Positions 29,275 to 38,700 of a DNA stretch of 51,502 bases are shown in pieces; within the stretch, counting starts at the first letter, position 1, and every line of letters begins with the position of its first letter. The stretch spans positions 1-51,502 of the forward strand of contig CBDUYR010000020.1 of assembly GCA_965371515.1 (NCBI GenBank), given 5' to 3'. Below the pieces are notes generated by a model. It saw nothing but the letters and a program-made list of their open reading frames with translations. It searched no databases and was not told the DNA's origin. A program made the position numbers and the translations under genes. The DNA is from an uncultured bacterium (lineage in GTDB: Bacteria > Krumholzibacteriota > Krumholzibacteriia > Krumholzibacteriales > Krumholzibacteriaceae).

Positions 29275-29295
29275 GGAATTTTACAGGGGATCATG

Positions 29296-29333
29296 AGTTT
29301 ATTGTACCATTAAGGGTGACTGTACAATAAACT
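29296..29333. repeat. Perfect 12-bp inverted repeat with 14-bp spacer in the ECF/CHAT divergent intergenic region
   Basis: AGTTTATTGTAC-CATTAAGGGTGACT-GTACAATAAACT. Confidence 0.85.
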
Positions 29334-29362
29334 TTACATTTCACGTATGTATATGATACACT
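29333..29362 (+). promoter_or_regulatory. Putative sigma70 promoter of the CHAT gene
   Basis: TTTACA-18 nt-TACACT with extended TG. Confidence 0.55.
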
Positions 29363-29491
29363 AACAAAATAAGCGGCCAATACAGCTGATTCTCAAAAAA
29401 TCTAAATCGGAAGATGCTGTCCTGGGCTGTGATCATGCGTCAATTTTTAATTACACCATGATGCAGTCCTGAAGTGGATGGACTTCGTGCC

Positions 29492-32400
29492 ATGATTTCC
29501 GATGCCTCGCGCGTTTCTCGCCCGACCCTTCTATTCCTTGCCTCGATCCATATCCTTGCGATCGTTTTTGTCTCTCCTCTGTATGCCCAGGATCCGGTCT
29601 GGGACTTTATTATCGCCGCCGATTCGATCAGCAAGGCCGGCGACGATGCTGCGCTTACCCGGTTCGTGGGAGAAAACTCCATCCTCGTCGGCGCTGCCGT
29701 GCACGAGCTCATCGATTCTGCGGTGATCGTCGGGGACCAGGGGAGTGCCGCGGACGAGAAGGACAACATGGAGTTCGCGGAGCTGATCGCCCGCATCTAC
29801 CTGGACGGGGGAGGCGATCCGGCTCCTCTCGAGCTCGTGGCCGTCTACAGGGCGTGGACTCCTGATCAGCGAAAGGCGAGAGCATCGGCGAAATCTCTCG
29901 AGGAACAATCGGCGGAAGCCCGCAGAACCCGCGACTTCGAGACTGCGTCCGGCCTGCTCGGGCAGGCTCTCGATATCTACAGGGAGATCGGCGACAGTTA
30001 TTCCGAGGCGATCGTCTACGGAAGTTATGGCGTGCTCTATTGGCATGCGGACGATTTCGACTCGGTTTTCGAATATTACGGAAAAGCTCTGGCCGCCCGC
30101 CGCGGGATAGACAATGCAATCCTCGAGGGAAAGACACTCAACGGGCTCGGTTCTGCGCACAATGTTTATGACAGGTTCGATTCGGCGGCCTTCTATTACG
30201 GCATGGCTATAGACCTGCGGCGCAGGACGGGCGACCTCTCAGGCCTTCTCTCCTCCGTGACATATCTGGGCAACACGTATCTCAGACAGGGCAGGCTCAA
30301 CGACGCGAGAAACGTCTATGAAGAGGCTGCGGGCATCCTCGAGAGGACCGGTGGTAAAGTATCCCAGCAGATAGACCTGCTCAACTCTATGGCCAGTCTC
30401 TACTTCGATATGGGGCGCCTGGGAAGGTCGAACGAGGCGTACCGTGCGGCGCTCGAGAAGGCAGTTTCCCTCTATGGGACCGATCCCGAGCTCGCCGCTC
30501 AGGCGGAGATCTCGATTCGCATGAACATAGCCACCAATCTGATGAAAGAGACAAGGTACAGAGAGGCGATGCGGGAGCTCGACGCAGTCCGCCTCCTGCT
30601 CGAACGATATCCCGATCCGGTCACATCGGCCGCATTCGCGCGGAATCTCGGACAGGCCTACTACGAGATGGGCGAACTCGACCATGCCCGCGATAATTGG
30701 CTGCTCTATCTTCGAATGGCGACCGAGCTGGAAGCTCCCGGCATGGAGATAGAGGCGCTTATAAACATCGGGAACCTGTACATGACGTACGGAGCGCCGG
30801 ACAGGGCGCTCGCCTTTGCCGATTCCGCACTGGTCAAGGCGGAGAGGGCCGGGAACCTGACCTTCCTGCGAAGCGCCCACATGCTTTCCGCCGAGCTGCG
30901 GACGGAGACGGGGGATTACGACATCGCCCTGTCACACTGGGAGAAGGCCAGGGAGATAGACGGAGACCAGCAGGCAGAGGGAAGCATGATCTTCGACGAG
31001 ATGGGGATCGCCAATGTCTATGCCCTCAAAGGGGAGAGCGAGAGGGCCAGGAAGAAATACCTCGAATTGCTTCCCCGTATCCGCAGCTCCGGGCTGAGCT
31101 CGATGGAGGAGCCGCTCTGGTTCGGCATTGCGCACACATATGAGAAAGACAGTCCTGACAGTGCCAGATTCTACTACGATAAGGCCTTTTCGCTGCTGGA
31201 GGCGGCTGGATTCCAGACGAGCAGCGCGGAACTGGGGACGGGATTTCATGGAAACGGCAGATACTACTACGAAGAGGTAGCGAGGTTCTACGCCGGCATG
31301 GCCGCCCGGACGGGGGACGACATGTGGTCGTGCGAGGCGTTCAAGACGATCGAGCGATCGAAGGCGCGGGGGCTCCTCGAGATGCTGCAGAGCTCGATCG
31401 CCGGAGAGCATTCGCCCGCCGAGGAAGCCCTGCTCGATTCGATATACAGCCTCGATAAGCAGGCGGCCGGTTACAGAGGAGACCTGGAGAAACTAGAGCG
31501 CTGCTACAGGGTGCTCAAGGAGGAGAGGCTCGGTTCGGCGACCGGGAAACTGGTGGTGGGAGGGGAAGTGTCGGGGCTTGAGGATGTCCGCAAGGCCCTG
31601 CCGCGAAAGACCGTCGTTTTCTCGTACGCCCTCGGAGACAGCGCCTCGCAGCTGTGGGTGATCGACCGGAATGGGCACGAGCTTTACGAACTGCCCGGAC
31701 GCCAGGAGCTCATGAAGGACTCGGAGCTGCTGGTACAAGCGGTGAAAAGACCCGGCGCGGGTGACGACGCGTTCATCACCAGGTCGCGGAGGCTCTACGA
31801 TATATTGATCGCGCCCGGCGTCGGGAAGCTCGGCAAGGCGTCGGATCTGGTCATAGTGCCTGACGGGTGCCTGTTCGGGATACCGTTCGAGGCCCTGCTC
31901 GCCGGGGACGCAGAGACCGGGGCCGACTGGAAGGATATGCCATTTCTCTTCAGATCGTACAATACGGTCTACTCGCCCTCCGCCTCCTGCTTCCTGTGGC
32001 TCCGAAACAAGAAATACGCGAAAAAATACGAAGTCGATCTCCTGGCCGTCGGCGATCCCGATTATTCGGGCGTCGATACCGGCTCGGGCCGCCCTCTCCG
32101 CCCGCTTCCCAACACGAGAGCCGAGGTGGAAGGTATCGGCCGCATGTTCGACGAGTCCGAGAAGACCATACTCGTCGGGCCGGCGGCGACCGAGGGGACG
32201 CTGAAGAAGAACATAAGCGAGCATCCGTCACGGATAATCCATATAGCCGCCCACGGGCTCGTCGACCCGGTGACTCCGGCAGCCTCGAGCATAGCTCTCT
32301 GCGCGGAGCCCGGTTCCGGTGAGGACGGCTATCTCCATACGCTGGAGATCCTGGCCCTGCCGGTGGACTCACGTCTCGTCGTCCTCTCCGCGTGCGAGAC

Positions 32401-32680
32401 GGCGACGGGAAGGATAGGCAGGGGCGAAGGCGTCGTCGGGTTGAGCAGGGCGTTTCTCTGCTCAGGGGCCTCGGCGGTGGTTTCAAGCCTGTGGGCAGTT
32501 TCCGACGAATCGACTGCTCTGCTCATGGAAATATTCTACGAAAATATGACGGGAAAGGAAAAATCAGCGGTTCGGGCCATGAGGGAGGCCCGGGGGAAGC
32601 TTCTCGAAACCGCCGAGTACTCGCATCCTTTCCATTGGGCGTCTTTTATAACTATAGGGACGGACAAGGCGCCCTGGTAA
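29492..32680 (+). CDS. TPR-CHAT (caspase-like) protease with N-terminal signal-like segment
   Basis: Hydrophobic N-terminus LLFLASIHILAIVFVSPLYA; many TPRs; ERSKARGLL, IVPDG.L..IPFEAL, HIAAHG (His), LVVLSACET (Cys), VSSLW.VSD, HPFHWASF. Confidence 0.93.
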   Translation: MISDASRVSRPTLLFLASIHILAIVFVSPLYAQDPVWDFIIAADSISKAGDDAALTRFVGENSILVGAAVHELIDSAVIVGDQGSAADEKDNMEFAELIARIYLDGGGDPAPLELVAVYRAWTPDQRKARASAKSLEEQSAEARRTRDFETASGLLGQALDIYREIGDSYSEAIVYGSYGVLYWHADDFDSVFEYYGKALAARRGIDNAILEGKTLNGLGSAHNVYDRFDSAAFYYGMAIDLRRRTGDLSGLLSSVTYLGNTYLRQGRLNDARNVYEEAAGILERTGGKVSQQIDLLNSMASLYFDMGRLGRSNEAYRAALEKAVSLYGTDPELAAQAEISIRMNIATNLMKETRYREAMRELDAVRLLLERYPDPVTSAAFARNLGQAYYEMGELDHARDNWLLYLRMATELEAPGMEIEALINIGNLYMTYGAPDRALAFADSALVKAERAGNLTFLRSAHMLSAELRTETGDYDIALSHWEKAREIDGDQQAEGSMIFDEMGIANVYALKGESERARKKYLELLPRIRSSGLSSMEEPLWFGIAHTYEKDSPDSARFYYDKAFSLLEAAGFQTSSAELGTGFHGNGRYYYEEVARFYAGMAARTGDDMWSCEAFKTIERSKARGLLEMLQSSIAGEHSPAEEALLDSIYSLDKQAAGYRGDLEKLERCYRVLKEERLGSATGKLVVGGEVSGLEDVRKALPRKTVVFSYALGDSASQLWVIDRNGHELYELPGRQELMKDSELLVQAVKRPGAGDDAFITRSRRLYDILIAPGVGKLGKASDLVIVPDGCLFGIPFEALLAGDAETGADWKDMPFLFRSYNTVYSPSASCFLWLRNKKYAKKYEVDLLAVGDPDYSGVDTGSGRPLRPLPNTRAEVEGIGRMFDESEKTILVGPAATEGTLKKNISEHPSRIIHIAAHGLVDPVTPAASSIALCAEPGSGEDGYLHTLEILALPVDSRLVVLSACETATGRIGRGEGVVGLSRAFLCSGASAVVSSLWAVSDESTALLMEIFYENMTGKEKSAVRAMREARGKLLETAEYSHPFHWASFITIGTDKAPW

Positions 32681-32744
32681 ATGGCCGCGGCCCGCGATGT
32701 TTGCGGAGCCGCACAAACATCATGTCTCAGAGGGGGACCCCGAG

Positions 32745-35700
32745 ATGAAAACTGCTCTGGTTTTCTGCTGCATCGTCGTCTTGATCTCGATTATTTTTTC
32801 ACCCGTACCAGCCGGAGCGGACGAGCCGTCAGGCATGATCCCGGTCACGGGTGACGGCAGGGAGATTCTGCGCATCACTTCGGAGGGAGGATCGGGCCCC
32901 CGCCTGATCGCCTATTTCGATCCCGGCCTGACGCAGCGCACGATCTGCGTGACCTCGGGCGATACGATCGTGGTCTTCCTGGCGGCAGAGAACTGTCCTG
33001 CCCCGATCGACAGGCTGATATACGGGCTCACCTGTTCCAGCCCTCCTCTGGTGTTCGTCGACGAGACGTTCGAGGCGGGGACAGCGACGGGTGATTTCTA
33101 TTCTGGCATCGACCTCGGTTTCGGCGTCCCGGCCGAAGCTTCAGGTCAGCTCCTGATCCAGACGCTCAGGTTCGCGGTGACCGGATCGTGCCTGGACGGG
33201 TGCGGCCTTGACCGGCCCGACGGCATCGTCACTACCTTCCATCCCGTACTGGGTTCCGGGGGAGAGCCGAGCGCCATCCTGACCACTGGTGAGGAGATCG
33301 TCGTGTACGGCCATTCCTCGATGGTCTGCGATGATGACGGACTTCCCGATCTCGAGATCGCCTCGTTCACCTCGCCCGATACTGCGATGACGTATGAGGA
33401 TATATTTCCAGGTCTCGACCTGGTGATCCGAAACGGCGGCGAAGATGACACGAATGAAGGCTTTGAAATACAACTATTCCTCGTCGACGATATGACGACG
33501 ACCTATGGGGAGATACTGAGCAAGCGTTCGATATCCACGGTCATTCCGGCCGGAGGTACCGCGTCTTTCGAGCTGGAGGACGCGACGATTCCTCTCACAT
33601 CGGAATTCGGACAGAAATATCTTCTTCTCGTGCTCGATGGATACGATGGAGTGATCGAGGGAGACGAGGGAAACAACTCGCTCTATCATCCTATAGTGAT
33701 TGTTCCCAATCTCGATATTGATTCGGTCTGTGTCTACGCTGAAGACTTCCAGGAAGGAGCCGGCGGATGGACTCCCGTTGATCTCACAGCGGGCGAACCC
33801 CACTGGAAGACCGACATGCATTTCGACGGAGCGACCGACAGGGACGTGATGTGGTGTGGAACGGACGACGCTTCCTATTCGACTCAGCCCGGTTACGGAA
33901 ACAACTGGAACGAGGGACTCGTCAAGCAGTTCTCGCTGCCGACGGGCGATGTGACGCTGAGCTGTCTGCTCCAGCACGACGTTGAGCAGGGCTACGATTT
34001 TGTCCGCGTCCAGATCTCGACGGACGGGGAGAACTATTCCGACCTGGCCGCGCTGAGCGGCAGATCAGGCGGTTTCGTCCAGAAGGACTACGATCTGACC
34101 CCTTACAGCGGCACGGATGTCTCGATCAGATTCCTCGTCGCTTCGGACAACGCCTGGTCGGATGAGGACGGAGGGTATCCAAGCAAAGGCGCCCTGATGA
34201 TCGACCGGGTCGCGATCACCGGCCTGCCCCCCGATGAATTTATCTCGGGATTCGACGGATGGACCGCCGATCTGTGTCCCCCGGTCGGAGGGGAGTACCG
34301 TCTCGAGTACGATCCTCCATGCGATATTGCGTTTCCCTGCGGGATCAACCAGTCGGGCGAACCCCAGGTCACATGCAACGCCTGGGTAGCATACGATCCG
34401 GCCACCGGAGTCTTCCCTTTCTCGTCCGACGAGGAGAGGGCTGCGGGCCTCGGCGTCAATATCGGGATCGTCTCTCCGGAGATCCCGGTTCCCTTCGACG
34501 CCGTCGCCGTAATCATGGAATTCGACGTATATCTCGTCCTCCCGCTCGTGAACAACCAGTATTTCACCTGGGATGTAGCATTCCCTCCCGACTGGGAATG
34601 GCAGAGCAAGAATCACAAGAACCATCTTTACTACGGTACGGGCGGCTGGACCACGGTGAGCTTCGACATCACGCGTTACATCCCGCCCGGTGCTGAGCAG
34701 ATGAAGATCAGGCTTCGAAGCCTCGAGAGTTTCGAGCTTCCGTTCAACGGCACACACACACCGGCCCCGTACTTCGACAATGTCATTGTTTACGGCGTCG
34801 GTACATCCGCGGGCGGGATAAATGTGGCGTCCTTTCCCAGGGACTGTTCCCTGGCCGACAGCGACTGGGACGGCGTAGGCGATGTCGTCGATGCCTGCCC
34901 ATTCGAGAATTCCGCTCCGTTCGACCGTGACGGCGATGGCTGTATCGACGAGACGATCAGCAGCAGGCATGTCGAATACGTAGCGGATGATACCCTGCGG
35001 TTCTGGATCCACGAGGACGGCGCGCCCGCCGTGCACGACGGCAGTGACATCGAGGCGATCCGGCTCGGCGTGGAGGCGTGGAACGCAGTCTCCGGCATCG
35101 ACATCGGGGCGAGGTACATGGGGACGACGGAGCAGAGGGACGCGCGCATACTCGACGGGATGAACACGATCACCTTCAGCGACCCTGATTACGTCTTCCC
35201 TATCGGCGTGCTCGCCGTCGGGATAAGCACATCCTTCGTCGAGCCGCAGCGCTATCGTGAGCAGCCGGTCAGGCCCGGCCAGATTGTCGACGCCGATATC
35301 ATCTTCAATCCGATGATGAGTTTCACCACGCCTTCAAACACGCATATCGAAGGCACGGATATCAAGAGTGTCGCCACACACGAGGCCGGACACCTCTTCG
35401 GCCTGTCTCACTCGGCCGTGCAGACCTCCACGATGTTCTTCGTGCTGCCTCCCGGGACGGAAGCCTCGACCCTGGAGGTCGAGGACCAGCTGGCGCTGAG
35501 GAAGGCGTATGCCGAACAGACTGTTCTCGACGGGGCGAGCAGGCTGAAGGGAACGGTAACCGACGGGCAGAGCGGACTGCCCGTGCCGGGCGCCATAATC
35601 TTCGCCATCGATTCGGCGAGCAGCGACACACTAGGCAGCGAATACACGATGATCGATGGGAGTTTCGATTTCTTCGACCTCCCCGACGGCGATTATTACG

Positions 35701-38700
35701 TCGCGATCCATCCGCTCAACGGCAGTTCAGTTATCGGCTACCTGCAGCCGGCGAACATCAACCAGTACGTCAGGGAAAACGTCGTGGATATATTCGTGCC
35801 GGAGTACTGGGACGCGGCCGAATCGAACGATGACGACGAGACGGCCATGACGGCGGTTTACGTCGCCGCCGGCGCGACGGCGAATATATCGATCATCACG
35901 AATATCGACCTGGAAGCCCCCTTCGTGACGGCGACTTCGCCGGAAGAGGGCGTGGACGGCGTACGCATAGACGCCGCGATATTGATCTCATTCTCCGAGC
36001 CGATAGACCTGGGCACTCTCCAGGGGAACTTCAGCCTGGAGGACACCCTCTCGGGGCAGGCGATCGGGGGCAACGTCGCCACCCTGAACGACGATTCGAC
36101 GCTGGCGTTCATCCCCTCGGGCAGCCTCGAGTTCGGGGCGGTCTACAAGCTGACGCTCGACATCGGTCTCTCCGACATGTTCGGAAACGGCCTTGCCGTT
36201 CCATTCATCTTCGAATTCGAGACCGAGGCAAAGCCCGATGTGAGAATCGTCAGCCTCTCGCCCCGAAGGGGGATAGAGGGCGCGGTCATCGTTATAAGCG
36301 GATACGGGTTCGCTGGCGGGGCCGCGGGCAATTCGGTCGATTTTAACGGGACGAACGCAACGATCCTCGAAGCGACGCCGACGAAGCTCGTCGTAGAGGT
36401 GCCGGCGGGCGCTTTGAGCGGCAACGTCACAGTGACCGATCTCGTCGAGGGCGGGACGAGCAACGCATTGACATTCACAATGCTGGTTGCCGAGGAAGTG
36501 GCGAGGGGCTATGACGCCGGTTCGGTGGGACTCGGGTCCCGTCCGCGGGCGCTGTCCGTCTCGCCCGACGGCTCTTTGATGTTCATCGCCACGGAAGCTG
36601 GATATTCCGTCGTCGTTGTAGATCCAGGATCGCCGGACTACCTCACGGCGAGGCATTTCGGCGTGGCCGGCGGAATGAATTCGATAGAGGTCACTCCCGA
36701 CGGCAGCCGTGTATACGCTGTGAGCGGCGATAACGAGAAAATATACAGGATAAACGGAGAAGCCGGCGCGGGCGGACTCGACGATCTTCTCGTACTCAGC
36801 GAGATCGACGCCGGGGCGCGGCCCCTTGGCATCATCGTCGATCCGTCAGGGCAGCGTGCCTTCGTGGCCACCTCTGGCAACACGGTGCAGATATATGACA
36901 TCAATCCTTCCAGCGCCACCTTCGACATGCAGGTGGGAGAGATCTCATCGGTCGGAACGAGTCTGAAAGGTGCCATGGCGATCGATCCGGCTGGCGGACT
37001 TCTCGTCGTGATAAGCGGTGAGGGGAAAGCGGCCGTCTACGATCTGGGCGCCGACGAGCTCCTCGCCGCCGTCGACGTCGGGATCGACCCGAGGGACGTA
37101 ACGGTCGACCCCATGGGTGACCGGGCCTACGTAACCGACGATAACGGGTCGGTATCGATCGTGTCCCTCGAGATGCTCGAGAACGTTATGGAAATATCGA
37201 CGGGAGGTGCGCTGAGAGGAGAGGCGGTCACCCCGGCGGGTTCCTTCCTCTACGCGGTCAACCGCGAACTGAACTTCTACGACGTGATAGACCTAAGGCC
37301 GGAGAGCGCCACTTTCAGGAGCATCGTCTCGAACATCGGCCTGCCGATCAATCCGACCGATGTCGAGATGTCGTCTGACGGAATGTACGCCTATTCGATC
37401 AGCGAGCAGGACATGGTCCTGTCGGTGACCGCGATCGGCGTGGGGCCGGTGCTGAGGAGCCTGTCGCCTGTCGCCGGACCGGATGGGACCACAGTGGTGC
37501 TTGCCGGCTCCGGGTTCTCGGCGGACAGTTCCGTCGCCGTGTCTTTCAACGGCATCGAGGTCTTACCCGAGGTGAGAAGGGATTCGTTCCTCGTGGCCGT
37601 AGTGCCCGCCGGCGATGTGACGGGACCGGTTACCGTGGTCGGCTCGAATCCTTCCGGGCCCGATGCGATCTCGAACGCGGCCTACTTCGAAAGGCTCGGG
37701 GCCACCACTGCCGACGGACTGAGACTGGCTGGAAGCCTCGAGGCGGCCGGCCTCGCCGGAGAGGCCGCAATCGCCTCGAACAGCGGGGATATCGGCATAT
37801 TCTTCGTCGAGGAGGGTTCCGACCAGGCCCTTTGCGCCCTCGATACAGATCCCTCGAGCGGGACGTTCCACCAGCTCCTCGGGACCTGTCCGCTGCCGCC
37901 CGGCATGATAGCGGATGAAGTCCTCGTGACGCCGGACGATGATTTCGCGCTGGTGATCGATCACGGAGCCGGTCTGGCCGGCGAGATCGGTTTCATCCCT
38001 GTCATCGACGTGAACAGGTTCAGCGGAACCTTCCTTACCATGATCGGCTCGATCGACGTTTCTTCGATGTCCAGGGGTGTCAGCGGGGCCTGCATCGATC
38101 CCGCCGGAGCATGTCTGGTCATCGCCGAATCGGGCGACGCGGGCGGCGAAATAGACGCTACCATTCACATATTCCATCTCGATTCCCCCGGTGAGGCAGC
38201 CTTTACGCCGTCGGCAAGTGTCGATATCGGCGCCGTCAGCGTGGAGCACCTGCTGTTCCAACCTGCGGGCCTCTACTGCTATCTGCCCGTTACCGATGCG
38301 GCGGGACCATCGATACACGTACTCGACACGGATACCGAAAGCGTTACCCACGCGACTGTCGTCGCGACGATGCCACTGCCCGGCTCTCCGGCGGGTCCTG
38401 TTCCCGAGGCGCTCGCTTTCACGCCTTCCGGTGAGAGGTGCCTGGTGTTGACGCGCGATGCGGGAGCGACGGAGCGACGCGATGTCGTGATGCTCGATAC
38501 TACTGATCCGGCCGCCCCGACGATCTCTCACGTCGAACCGCTGGGCGGTTCCGCGGAGGGAGCGGGCCTTATCGCCGCATCCCCGCGGGGAGACAGGGCG
38601 ATGGCCTCAGTGGAGGGTGAGGGCCTGTATCATCTCGCCATCGTATCCGGCGAGGATACTGTCGCCGTCGTCGGCAGGGAGGGGGACGGAGGGCCTTCGC

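Noticed and set aside
23148..32680. CRISPR-associated (CalpL or Craspase) locus
   Set aside because: No cas genes, array, SAVED or CARF domain in the window; only the protease-sigma logic is shared
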